Shown: positions 42,221 through 56,053 of the stretch, piece after piece
How the letters are laid out: the number at the start of each line of letters is the position of its first letter
How positions within the stretch are numbered: the stretch's first letter is position 1
Source: the human T2T-CHM13v2.0 reference genome, Homo sapiens
Length of the DNA stretch: 64,000 nucleotides
Direction: 5' to 3' (one strand)
Assembly (NCBI RefSeq): GCF_009914755.1
Contig: NC_060937.1
Translations under genes and position numbers: made by a program
Notes under the pieces: generated by a model
Databases searched by the model: none
The model's input: only the letters and a program-made list of their open reading frames with translations
Told to the model about the DNA's origin: nothing

Positions 42221-44579
42221 AACTAATGAAGTTTGAATGAAACTCTGATATGTTTAAATGGGAATACAAATATCAGAATGATTTGTTTTCCCCACTGAAA
42301 AGGCCTGACGATCATAGCATTCCCTAGGATGCTGGTCCAAGATAATGGGATAACCAAACTGAGGCCACAAGGAAGAGGACACAAAAGATGTAGAGATTGG
42401 TTTACTCTTGGTGATCCTGCTATGAGCCAAGCCCTGGGCACTTTTCTAAGGAATCGCTGGAGCCTCCAGGGGCCTCTCTGTAGTCCGAAACTGGGGAGGG
42501 TCAGTGTCTCTCTATTGATGGGCATGTAAATATCTCACCCTCTCCTTTTCTGCCAGATATGCATAAGTTCCAGGTGGCAAAATATATTTCTTAACAGTCA
42601 TATGACCATAAATGTATGGAGGTTCATAGAGGAAATATAATTAATCATACAAAGGGATCAATGGAATAATGGCATAATCCAACCAGCCTTGAAAAAAGGT
42701 GAGAACTTAGGAAAGTCACTGACCCTCTAGAAGTTTCCATTTGTTTATTTATCTGTGAAATACAGATATTAAAATGTGATTTCCAAGGTTCCTTTTAGTA
42801 AAAGAAAAATGATGTTTGTACCTTCAGTACAGTTTACATTAGCAGAAAACTTGTTATTGTATCAATCTAACCAACACTTAATGCTCTGGGAAGGTGGGGA
42901 ACAAGAGGCTTCTTTTTTTATTTTTTGATTAAAAATCATTTACAATAAAAGAAAAAGCATTTTCTTAGCATAAAAAAACATGCAACCCTATTTATTTTTA
43001 AATAATCCAAGTGTTGGATGTCAGAGTACAAAAGCAACTCTGAAATTGTAAAAACAATTGCTCTCTGTCAATTAGATTCTGACAATCTTTTCTTTTTTCT
43101 TCAGTGTGTATATAAGCACAATACAGAAGTGTCTCTGTCCCATACTTTCAACAAATAATCACCGTGAAGGTGTGAAATGGAGACTGGAGGGAAGTGATAC
43201 CTTGTGCAGATTGCATATTTCATTTCTACCTCCTTTTCCTGACAATTGAATTGCCATTTGGTTTTCCTTTAACAGTTTGTCTGCTCCCTTTGACTACCTC
43301 AAAGGAACTATGTTCCACACTAAAACAATGTAACCAAAACAACCGCCCAGAGAATATGACTTTCTTTGAACTCTCAGATCCTAATAGAAGAGGAACAATA
43401 GCAATGCAAAAATCTAACTCGTACATAAGAGCACAACCTGAAGCCAGCAAAGTCTTTTTCTCAGAGAGGATGGATGGGCTATCATACCATTACCTTCTGC
43501 AGCAGAACACAGGGCCTACTGCCAAGAAAAATTAACTGCACTTTCCTTGAAGAGTATTTGATTTAGAAAAGCTTGGCTTGGTGTATAGATCAATTAACTC
43601 ATACTCCTCGAAATACCATTCCTACTGTCAATGGCACAATTATCTCATCGCTTCTGCCTTTTCCAAATATGCCTGATGGTGCTCATTAATCTACCTTGAC
43701 AGCTATCATTTTGAGTGTGAAAGGGCAGTAGGTATCCTGGTTTTGAAAACAGAAATAGCAAAGATAATTAATTCCCTGTGCAAATGAAGAATTCAGTGCA
43801 AGTTTGTTCAAACCTCAGAATCCTCTCTCATAAAGAAACAAAACCCAAACCTACTTGAAGACACAAACATAATATATATACCCACAGGAAGGGTATCTGG
43901 CTACTTGAAATAAAGCAAGGAGAAAATAATCTTTGATGCCAGAACTGCATGCTGCTTGGAAAGTTAAGAGATTCCTGAGAAAAAGACTTTGCCTTTGTTC
44001 TATGCTAACTGAAACACGAGCATTCTTGGCCTGTTAGATTCAGGGGCAACAGAGGTAGGAGAGTATACATATCCCTGCAGAGAAGATGAAAAACTTTATT
44101 TAATGGTTAAGAATAAGAGAGTTTTTATCAAGGATTCACTTAGGACCATTTCGAGGAAAGAGCCCTCAGAGGAAGACTGAGGGAGGAGAAATATCAGGAG
44201 AACCAAGCCCAGGTCCAGGTAAGAACCAAGGTGGCCAAACGAGTGGCTGAGATGATTCCTGTGGGTCAAGTCTGGCAGGCTAGACACAGGGAACAGTGGA
44301 GGCCATTAATCTGAAGCTCAATCTCAGAAATACTGGACAACTTTTTTAGAAATATGGGGCAGCTGGTAGCAGGAGAAATGGAAGGGAGAAAGGGGAGGCA
44401 GAGGGAAAGGACATCCACTGGCAGAAGGAGCTAGAAGTAGGGAGTGAATGTGGTCAGTATGCAAGCAACTGAAAAGGCCTTGGGTTGCAACTCAAGGTAT
44501 CCAGGACTCCTCTCAGGAAGCAGCAGAGCTTAGTGTGGTTTTCAAAGTGCATTGGCCACAAAGGAAGCAAATCAGCGTG

Positions 44580-44765
44580 CATGTCCATGTTAGTCTCCTC
44601 CACTCCACTATCAACTTGGGGCAAATTACTAACCCTTATGTATCTGTTAAATGAATAGTAACCCACACTTCAGCAGTTCTTTGAAGACTAAGTGAAGTAA
44701 TCATTTAAAGAATTTTGTGTGAACCCTTGTACGTGTTAATCACATTTTTTTGAATGCTAGCTATA
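44580..44765 (+). mobile_element. MIR SINE fragment
   Basis: aacttggggcaaattactaacccttatgtatctgttaaatgaatagtaaccc...gaagactaagtgaagtaat...atgctagcta. Confidence 0.55.
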
Positions 44766-47700
44766 CTGCTTATTTTGTTTATTGACATTTAGGGATTTAG
44801 GTCTAACTGTCTGTAAATGAAATTTGGGGAACAGTGCCAGAACTTAAAGGTCTTAGAGTATTCATTTTTCACTGAATGAAAAAAAGAATTGAAGAGATTG
44901 AAGTGTGAGGCATATCTGTAACAAATGCCTCAGCACACGTCCACTGAGTAACCATGGCCAGTTGGGCTAATATCTATACATAGAAACAGGAAGGGCCCAC
45001 CAGAGAAGATCCCCAGACCTTTAAGGATCTGGGGTGGTTTGTTCTCTTTAACTTCACTGTGGGTCACTGACAACATTTTGAGTGCTATGCCTCTAACTCC
45101 ATCTTTTTTCTCAATAAGCCCTGCGGTTTTGTGATGAGATTTTTCTCAACATAATGTTTTTTAGTAGCACATGTGCCATAATAGCAAAACTAATCATACA
45201 AAAAATCCTAGATTTATATTAATTTTTACTATTTACTTTGTTATTTTAAAAACAAAAAAAATGAAAAAAAAAATAGAGCAAAAGGACCCAAATAGAACAG
45301 CTGGTTCCTGATTTATGAGAAAGAAACGCCCCTTTGTCAGAAGTAACCAAGGTCTGGGCCTTGGACCCTATGCAGACTTCAGCCAGAGCAGCTTCTTTGC
45401 AAATAGCCTGCTGCTGTATACATCTATGAAATCTAAGATCTATTAAAGTTTTTCATTTTACTGAGAAAAATCGGAGCTGTGAACAGCGAAGTGAGATTTG
45501 TTCCAGGTCACATTCCAGAAACCTTTGTCTTAATCAACCTGAGAGAATCCAGCTTTCAGCCAGAGGGGGCAAAGGAAGGGTGTGTGAGGGGTGAGACTGT
45601 ACTGCAATTGAGCAATTAAGAGTAAACAGCATGAATTTGGGATTCTACAATTACTCAGGCAAAAACTTGAATCATTGTGTTTCAGTCTTCTTACATTAAA
45701 TGAGAATACAAACTCATTAAAATAGGTACTCCCAACATATTGAAGAAAAGAACTCATAAGAATTGAAAGAGATGTCATAAATACATTGATACATAGGGCC
45801 TGGCACATATTTAAAGTGGGTGCATGCTGCATGCACACGTGTGTACCTGTTATTTATATTTTCCCCACAAATAACTATGTAGTATATTGGCAGAGAGCGC
45901 CTCCTGCATGCCCTGTACTTGCTGCTGGAATTAGGAAGCCCTAGGTACCATGATGAGAAGGAGAAGACAAGTGAGTCTTTAGTTCACATGCAGTTCATTC
46001 TATTTTTGACATACTGTAAAGATCTTTATATCTGTTAACTCCCACCCATATGCAGAGAGAATCAAAGTATTGTAATTATTTTCCCAACAGCCAGCCTTCT
46101 AAGATCCACCCATGTTGTACACAGAAATTTCTAAGTGTACATGGTACAGTACAAGACCAAATGAAATTTGAGCAATGAAGAGAAAAGGCTCCGTAAACAC
46201 TTGATTGTCATAATCATTGAACTTGCACTGGTATCATTCCATTTTATTCAAAATGGTTTCCCATGTTAGCTGTATAATGTATTTTACATGTCAACAGTGA
46301 AAGTGAGATTAGTAGTGTGTGCATTTTGAGAGACTGATAATTTAAACACTTTAACCATCCACAGAAAAAATCTGAAAGTACCACCTCTGTGAGAATTGGT
46401 GTTCTCATTTCTTTCCTGTTCAGGCAAGAGGATGACAGCAACAGGAGAGCTGCAATCATGCTCCTTCTTTCAAAGCAGTCTCTATGCTGGGTCACTGTCT
46501 GCGGTCAAAATGTGAATGTCTGCTTCCATCTGATTAGTTTTATTCAGAAAGTCAAGGAGAGGGATGAAAGGGGGAAGCCATAGGATAATTGCTTTTATTT
46601 CAGCTTATTGCAGAGAGGAAATGTGCAGCAGATAATATAACACATATGCATCAAAAAAGGATCATTCACTTCTGATAAAGTGTGGATGGGGAGGAAATAA
46701 AGCTGATGCAAACTCCCCACTGTCTGCAAATCTATTTAAAGTATGAGAGAATTCCAATGGAAGTGGTGCAAATTCATCTTTAATATAGGAATTCTTCTTT
46801 AAAATATCTGAAATATCGTGGCTTTTGTAGGATGAAACAGGACCATAGAGACCACCTTTCTTTTATTCGCACCATAAATCAGCATTTTTTGGCTGGTGTA
46901 CAACAGGCAGTCTGAGAACTGAATTCAGCACTATAGGCCAAATCTTTAAGCTGCCCAGCATGTATTTCTCTGTGATTTTCTTTAAATTTTTTTAATTTTT
47001 AATTTTTTTATTTTAGAATCTAATTTTATTATATTCACCCCAACTTCTCCAACAAATATTTAAGATCAGTAACTAAGCATGGAACAATGTCCAAAGCTGT
47101 TCCGTTCCCCACCTTAGAGTGTAAGCTGGTTGTACTTATGTTACTGAGTGGTTTAGGCCAGCACCCTTGAGGTCAGAGTCTCTGCTCACCCAGTGTTGCT
47201 GGTGGGGCAGCTACCATGCCTGCAGTTGTGGTCCAGAGGATGTCTGTGCTGAATACAGATACTGACACAATGGAAGCTACTTCTCCTTGAATCAAGCAAA
47301 AACAAAACCAAAAACGATAGAAAGAAGTCCCAATATCTAATAGCTTGTCAATGTAATTCAGGATATACATTGATGTTATAACCACTTTTAAGGTTGGTTA
47401 ATGAAGGAACTGGCCTAGGCCCACTGCAGTGTGACTTTGGGATAAGGTCCAAACAGATAAACACTCTTCTTAGATCTGCACAGCAGCAGATACTTTTGCA
47501 AGTAACATCAGAATAGTAGAAGTTTATGTGCTATACTTACTTGAATAACTATCTGGGAAAGATTAAGAATAAAATTGCCACCTTTAAAAATGTTTCATCT
47601 GTTTTGTGATTTTTTTTAAAGAAGATTCCACATAACTCAAGGAGTAACTTGAGAACTGAAAGATTACATATCTGTACCTTGTACAACGCTTGTAAAACCA

Positions 47701-49959
47701 CAGCTTTCTATAATCTGTGTTTAGGAATGAATGTGAGAAGGCTGCAGTTAGGTAGTGTCCTGTTCCCCTCCAAATTTTTACAGTTCATTAGAAACATATG
47801 CTTTTACCTTTCTTTTTTTTTTTTTTTTTTTTGTCACCAAGATATCTGAAGGTGGTTTGAACAGAAGCAGCCAGACATTTTTTCCCCCTCAGAAGTAGAT
47901 TAAAGAAACAGTATTGAAGAGAACAATTCTGAAAGCAGCCAACTATCAACCGACTTGGGCATTTGAAATAATATTGGAAGTGTTTTCTGGTGTTGTTTAT
48001 AGTTTCTGACTGAAACAACATGGAGAACTGGTAGTGAACATCCAGTAATAACAATAACAATTTCATAAGGGAACTAGGAAACGGTAGCACAAACATCTGG
48101 CACACTATTTACAGTCACCAGCTCTACAAAGAAATCTACAAAGGTCATGGTCATAGATTTTTCAACTCTTGTCAGGACCAGGCACTAAATTTAAACTATC
48201 ATCTAGGGGGATATTGAAATACCCAAATAATTTTGATTTTATTTTAGATTTATTTACAGTCTACTACCATTTTTTAAATGATCTTTCATGTCTTTGCTAT
48301 TATAAGGGTGGAAGAACATAAAGCTGAGGAACTTGAGTCTTGTCCTGGCTTTGTCTTTAATTAACTGAGTAACTATGAGATAGGTGATCATGAAAGAGAT
48401 GGACTCCATAATTTCTAAAGTCCCTTCTAGCTTTATATTTTTTCAAAATATTTACATTGTTTCCATCAAAACTGTTGGTGCTTCAATGATGATTATGTGT
48501 CCAAGGAGCTAATGTTATACTTGGTATATTGCATATGTCAAGATCTATAAAAAAGGGAATAAAAGGAAACTGTTAAGTTTTACAATGTGTTTTGTATTTG
48601 TACATATATTATGTTTTTTAATTCTAACAACAAGCCTGTAGGATACTTAATGCCTGTAGAAATTGGGATTAGACCAATAAGAAAGATTTCCAAGCCCAAC
48701 TGGTCAGTAAGTGGCAAAGGCAGGAATTAAATTAAGGCTTGAATTGCACCCAAGTCCACAGGCCTTTCCTCAACACCCTGCTCCCTCTATGCATTAACAT
48801 TCTCTTGAAAATGTGGAAATGGGGGAAATATTTTCCACATTTCACTTTATGAAAAAGGAGAATATCAAGAATGAAATTTATCTTAGACACCAAGCACCTT
48901 GAAAGCAATTATTTGTATCAATTAGGCCAATAATGATCTGACACATTGAATATTTTCAATAAATGTTAGAATACATGAATTGCCTTTTAATAAGTACATG
49001 ATATATGAATGACTTAAAATTTATTTAAAGGTACATAAGTTTTTCAAAGACATATTTGATTTTCATTCCTGGAAAAACGATACCATTTGATTATTTGATT
49101 GTTATTGCTGATAATACATTTTTCAAAGTTTATATCTCAGCCCCCAAAAATAATTTTATGACATTTTAAAAATGAAAGTTCCAAGAGTTGCACTTTCTAA
49201 CATTTAAGTTGCACAATTTTAATGGAATATTTACATTCAAATTAGATATACCAGAAGTCATAGATGTAATTAAAATATATACAATCTTGCTAAGTTGAAA
49301 TGATTTATATGTATGTATCTCAAACAAATTCCTAGCAGCCAGGAAACAGTACTTTCATGGGAAATCTTTAAAATAACTGATAACTTAATTCCAACTTCAT
49401 ATCTCTAAATGAACTATTGAAATATTTAACAAATATGCATCAATAATTTGCTGTAAGCATTTAAAAGTCCAATTTTTCTTCGTTAATATCTTTTATCTTT
49501 TTTATCTTGAATGAAACATTTTAAATTGATTTAGAAGATAGATTACTAATCTCAGTTTTATAGTAGTTGTTTTTCATTATTTGTATAAAAGTTATGAAAT
49601 CATATAAACAAAATTAATTTTAATCCACTTCTATGAAAACTATTCTCAAATATTAGTCTGCGAGCCACTTTAATATCATGTTACAAAATCAAACAACCTT
49701 TTACAAAAAGTTGTTGCCACACAAATTTCGCCACATGGTAGAATTCTTCACATTCTAAATCCACTTTGCAGAATACCTTACTCGTTTTCTATTGTTTTTA
49801 TTTACCTAATTCAGAGTCAGATTACCCTCATAGCATTGTTTCTGTCCAAGTGAAAAGTATATTATAGGCTTGCCCTAAATTTCTGATAAATAACAATAAA
49901 GAACTTAGAGGATATCTCAGAAAATATGGCATATTAAACATATTTAAGACACACACATA

Positions 49960-52340
49960 CACACAGAGCACACATGCTTACCAGCAAGGAGATATGTTTA
50001 AAGATGTAGCCATACAAGGATATATGAAGTGGGAGAGGGGATGATAGCCACAAAATTTTGAGAGGTGGAAAGCAGAAAAACAAATAGTAATGGATCAGCA
50101 GACACAAATAATTTGAAACTCAAGCAAAAAGTGAAAAAAGCCAAGAAGCAACCTACCTGACAATGCACAACCCCCCAGACATAGTACTACCTTGTACCTC
50201 TGGAAGTGGATATGAAAAAATCAGAACAAAATGTTGAAATGTAATTACACTGCTCAAACCAAACTGCTGAAAAGTAGTTAAAACATCCAGTTCCCAGCCG
50301 ATCGTGGTGGCTCACGCCTGTGATCTCAGCACTTTGGGAGGCAGAGGCGGGCGGATCACGAGGTCAGGAGATTGAGACCATCCTGGGGAACATGGTGAAA
50401 CCCCGTCTCTACTAAAAATACAAAAAATTAGGGGGTATGGTGGCAGGCGCCTGTAGTCCCAGCTACTCAGGAGGCTGAAGGAGGAGAATGGCATGAACCT
50501 GGGAGGAGGAGCTTGCAGTGAGCCAAGATCGCACCACTGCAGTCCAGCCTGGGCGACAGAGCGAGACTCCGTCTCAAAAAAAAAAAAAAAAAAAAAAAAA
50601 AATCCAGTTCTCAAACCCCCACCAATCCCAGATCCTAGCAGAAGACAAGAGATGTGTTCTCTGCAGTGGGTAAAACAGAGGTCCCTAGGTGACAAACACA
50701 GATGCATTTAGAGTATAATTGGCCTGGAAACATAAGTAAAAGTTTACATGATGAGTTTTGTGAAACCCCAGCCTTCTTCTTCACTTAGCTCCCTGATTTC
50801 TGGCAGCCAAGGCTGTATTATCAAGGCAAGAGATTAGAAAAATCTTCTCAGGGATCTGATCTGCCCAAGTAGGAATGCCTGTATATACTGCCACAACCAG
50901 ATCATCCTACAGTAAACCCCACCATGGACAGGATCCACCAACACACTCAGAGTTTGCACTCCTAAATAGAAGCAAACACGCAAATGTAGAAGATATCTCC
51001 AGAGAGTTTCTAAAATAAAAGACAGGTGAAAACTAACATGAAAAAAACTTGGACGGGACAGAGACTAAGACATCTTTTAAAGGGCATAAACTTTTTTATT
51101 AATATATTCAGAGAGATGTGAGAAGATATGAAAATAAAACCATATACAATAAAAAGGAATAATCAGAGAGCTAAATAAAGTCTTCAAGAATTAAAAATAA
51201 ACTCCACAGAAGGATCTGAAGACACAGTTAGGAAATCTTCCAGAAAAATGTAAATTATGAAAAGATGAAATGTAGAGAAAAACAGATAAGAAAATCTATG
51301 TTCAAACCAGATTTGATATGGAAGAGAGAGAATAAAAACATAATTCAAGAAAAATTATCAAAATTAAAAGACATGAGTTTCAAAAGTGAAAGCAGGCCAA
51401 CAAGTGTTCAGAATCATGAGAAGATAGACCCATATCAAAGCATATTCTTGTGAAAGTTCAGATAAAGAAAAAGCCCCATAAGCTTCCAGAAGAAAATACA
51501 GAAAATAAAATCAGATCGTATGTGAATGAACGATCAAGTATTAAAAGGTCTCTGAATTTCTCAACACCAGCACCGAAAGCTACAAGAGAATGAAACAGTA
51601 GCTAAAATATTATAATAAAATAATTTCCAAATTAAAATTACTTCCAAAAATGTAGTAATCAGGTGTGAAAGTAAACTTACCGTTATCTGTTCTTTTTTTT
51701 TTCCTGAATGTATGTTCTCAAAAAGTTTACCAACAATGCAGTCTTTCTAAAGAAGCTATTAGAGGAGGAAGGCCAAAATAAACAAGGAAAGAAGTTTCAA
51801 AGGGAGAAGCACATGGGATACAGAAAACACGGGTTCTCACCTAAGAAAGAATGCAGAGGAACCCCTCAGTGAATGGGGAAAGGGTCTCAGAATGTTGGCT
51901 TCCATTGGTTCTCATTGAAGTGAAATATCTTGGGGCAACTGTTTTTAAGGAGAGATACTGATAAAACAAATGCTGCATGAGCTTTGAGAATATTAAGATA
52001 ACATTTAGAATTAGGAGGAGGTAACAATTTGAGGATGAATTAATTTTAAGTTCACAGAAAACTAATATAACTTTTCTAAACCTATACCATTATTTACCCC
52101 ATAGGAAGTAAAATATGCACAAAACAAAGACAAGAAGATACACTGCTTGGCTGAACTGTAAATAATATTTGCCTAACCAAAATCATACAACAGGGTTGGA
52201 AGAAGGAGAGATGGGATATGTGTGAGTGGTTGATCTGTATCATCTTTCATAGTAGAAGGTTAGTACATAATACTTAAAACTGAGAAAGCAAAGAATAGAA
52301 CAAAAAGCATATTATTTAAATATATGGAGATAATAATAAA
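49960..52340 (+). mobile_element. Very old L1M 5'/ORF1 remnant hosting an AluY
   Basis: A-rich ORF1-like stretches such as taattcaagaaaaattatcaaaattaaaagacatgagttttc and gaatttctcaacaccagcaccgaaagctacaagagaatg. Confidence 0.55.
50296..50602 (+). mobile_element. AluY
   Basis: AluY diagnostics (ggatcacgaggtcaggagat, gaatggcatgaacc, gagcttgcagtg), long pure A tail, TSD atccagttc. Confidence 0.95.
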
Positions 52341-52345
52341 GCTAA

Positions 52346-52651
<306 letters not shown>

Positions 52652-53294
52652 ACTAATGGGTTTCTTAATAGTTGAAAAAACATTGTTTGCCTATCAGGAG
52701 CAGGAAAGTTGGGGTAAGAGCAGAACAAAGGTGTTTAGAAGTGCATCTGTAACTCTGACAAAAATAAAAACTAAATTCAACAAAACAATTACTTTGGCTG
52801 TAATGACAAATAAGATAAAATCATTCTAATGGTCACATACGTATATAATTCTCTAAAGTGTACTTCTTCCATATCACATTTATGGAATTATTGCAGTAGA
52901 CTCAATGCTCATAAGAAGACAGCTAAATACTTCCTCTCCCATTGATAATATGTGACCTCAGAATAGTGACTTAACCATTTAGGAATCCATATTCCACCAA
53001 CCGAAAAATAGTATAGTCATTAATTGATATCTAAAGACTTCTGCTAGAAAATAAACGTTGTCCCATAATAACACTGATTTTGTATATCCAGTGTTTTTGT
53101 TGAAGGATTGTTTTTATCACCTACATTAATTGTCCTCCGTCCCTCTGTCCTGGCCTCTCTATTTACATTATTATGCTTGGTTGTTACTCCTACCAAATGA
53201 GCCAAGTGGGAGGGAAGTAGACCAGCATCAATACTGAGCCAGAAAACAAGGCTAATACATTGTGCCTTCATGTAAGTCACCAAAAACTCTATTG

Positions 53295-53560
53295 AGAAGC
53301 AATACAGTAGCACAGTTAAGATGTTGGACTCTAAAAGTCAACTGCTTGGGTTCAAATCTCAACTCTACCACTGACTATCTTCTGTGATCTTAGACAAGTT
53401 ACTTAACTTCTGTCTGTGCTCCTATTTCCAAATCTTTAAATTGGAATTAATAATGCTCCCCCATAAAATTGCAGTGAGCATGAAATGATTTGATGTATTT
53501 AAATTCTTAGAGCAGTGTCTGGAGCACAGCTGAGATACTCTAATGTTAGCTTTATTATTA
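53295..53560 (+). mobile_element. MIR SINE, near full length
   Basis: agcacagttaagatgttggactct...ttgggttcaaatctcaactctaccact...tgtgatcttagacaagttacttaacttc...cttagagcagtgtctgg...atgttagct. Confidence 0.85.
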
Positions 53561-54169
53561 TTGACATCAGTGAATAAGCATTTGGTCACGATATCCCTGA
53601 GAATAAAGGAAAAGAGTGGGTTTTATGAGAAAGTTAAAACTCCATTCATACATTAAAATAGCATCTTCTTTACTAATGAAGCTTTTTGTTATGGAAGAGG
53701 TGTATTGCTGGTGCAGGAAAGCATAGGTTTTGTTATTCTTATGGTATTAGGGTCCTGGTTTATTATTGCAGACACTTGGCCTTTGGTTGATTTTTGCTCT
53801 AAAGTCACAAGAGTTCATACACTTCCATTGGATGCTTAGTAAACGTGAGTTTAAATGATAATATGATCTGTTAGACCCTAACTTTAGAATATTTAAAGTT
53901 ATTTTTTTCTTTTGACTACTTTTTAGTTTTCGGGATTTAATTATACAGCTTAAAAGTAATATAAATCTTGAAAAGAAAATATCTACAAAGGGCAGATAGG
54001 AGAATGCACAGAAGAATTGATCATGTATAAAATCAGCATGCCAGAGGGCATAAATGGACATGTCGAGTATACTTATGGTGTTACTTATAAATTCCTCTTT
54101 GAAAATAGTAATAGCTTCCTAAAGGTCTATTTATTTCTAATCTCTGTTACATACAACTGCCAACAACTG

Positions 54170-54780
54170 CCCACAGAATCCTTTTAGGTACAACTGTAAT
54201 CATAGCAGTACCCTGTTCAAACATCTTTAATGTGTCCCCACTGGCTACAGGAAATACATTTCACCTGCCTAGCATGGTATCCAAGGCACAGCACCATCTG
54301 ACTCACTCTCCTTTGAGCATAGAACATGGCTTTGCTTGGCTTTGCAAAATACAGTCAAAATAGAATATTTGACTCCTCTTAAATATGCCCTGAACTAGTT
54401 ACTTCAATGTGTGTATTTATGCTTTATACCACAATTTCACTACAGAACTTTACACAGGAATCCACCTTTGTTTTTCCAAATTATAGCAATTATTCCTTTA
54501 CTAAGTCAAAGAACACTTCTTTATGAAGCCTTTCTTGTTTCCCTCAAGCACATAACATTTTTCTTTTTAGTGCTTTCACAATATTTTGTAACTATATTTT
54601 AATGTTCCTTAACACTAAAATACTGTCATACATTATCTATATTTACCTACTTCTATGTGGTAGGTTCATGAAGGACAATATTATCTTGTGATTGTCCTTT
54701 AGAAAATCATCCATAGAATTTACTAAGCTGCTTCAAACATCAACAATGTTTAATATGTATTAAATTAAATTGAGTTGTAT
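54170..54780 (+). mobile_element. L2 LINE 3' fragment
   Basis: cctgttcaaacatctttaatgtgtccccactggctacagg...ctagcatggtatccaaggc, tatgaagcctttctt. Confidence 0.5.
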
Positions 54781-54894
54781 TGACCAGTGATACACTTCTT
54801 CAAGTTTTCTTTTACCATTAATCATTGAGATTAATTTTCAAAGTTGTAATCTGTCTCCCATTTTATAACATAAGCATAAATGATTTTCTGAAAG

Positions 54895-55745
54895 GAAAAT
54901 TCTGAGATGTATTCTCTCAGCAAATTTCAAGCATACAGTACAGTATTAATAACTATAGTCAACACAATCTACATTGGGTCTACAGTATTTTACAACTGAA
55001 AGTTTGTACTCTTTGACCAGTATCTTTCCTTTTTCCCCAAGCCCTAGCCTCTTGTAACTACCATTGTACTCCCTGTTACTATAAGTTTGTTTTCTTTTGT
55101 TTCTTTGTTTTTTTAAGACTGAGTCTCACTCTGTCACCCAGGCTGGAGTGCGGTGGCGTGATCTCGGCTCACTGCAAGCTCTGCCTCCCTGGTTGACGCC
55201 ATTCTCCTGCCTCAGCCTCCTGAGTATCTGGGACTACAGGCACCCACCACCACACCTGGCTAATTTTTTGTATTTTTAGTAGAGATGAGGTTTCACCATG
55301 TTAGCCAGGATGGTCTCGATCTCCTGACCTTGTGATCCACCCGCCTAGGCCTCCCAAAGTGCTGAGATTACAGGCGTGAGCCACCACGCCCGGCCCTAAG
55401 TTTGATTTTTTAATTAGATTTCACATACAAGTGAGATCATGAGGTATTTTTTCTCTGTGTCTACTTTTTCTCATTTAACATAACGTCCTCTAACTTGATC
55501 CATGATGTTGAAAAGGGCAAGATTTTCTTCTTTCTAAGGTTGAATACATCCTTTAAGTTTGAGATACCCATCTGTTCACTCACCAATGGACACTTAGGTT
55601 GTTTCCATTTCTTGGCTAATGTGAATGATGCTATAATGAACAATGGGAATGCAGCTATCTCTTCAAGATATTGATTTTATTTCCTTTGGATATATATCAA
55701 GGAGTTAACTTCCTGAATCATAGGTTAGTTCTATTTTTATCTTTA
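54895..55745 (-). mobile_element. L1MA/MB 3' end, interrupted by AluY
   Basis: caaatttcaagcatacagtacagtattaataactatagtc...aactgaaagtttgtactctttgacca...agatttcacatacaagtgagatcatg; ORF 55461-55643 is ORF2 C-terminus-like. Confidence 0.85.
55090..55395 (-). mobile_element. AluY-like
   Basis: Diagnostics ctgcaagctc, cgccattctcc, gttagccaggatggtctcgatctcc; TSD taagtttg. Confidence 0.93.
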
Positions 55746-55794
55746 AAGAACAGCATAGACAGCACACAAATAAATAAATGCAAAGCCAACAAAG

Positions 55795-56053
55795 TTGGGC
55801 TGCATTCTTCTCATGTTGCCATTTCTATGGTTCTCATTCTTCTGCCTTTCTCTTCCACTTATAAAGGCCCTTATGATTACATTGGATCCAGCCAGATATT
55901 CCAGGATAATCTCCCCATCTCAAGGTCACCAGATGAGCAATCCTAATTTCAGCTGCAGCTTTAGTTCCTCTTTGTCATGTAACCTAATATAAGCCCATAT
56001 TCTGGAGTTTAGTACCTGGACATCTTTGATGGGACATTATTCTGCCTACCACA
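55795..56053 (-). mobile_element. MLT1D-like MaLR LTR fragment
   Basis: cttatgattacattggatcc...caggataatctccccatctcaaggtc...cattattctgcctaccaca. Confidence 0.8.
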
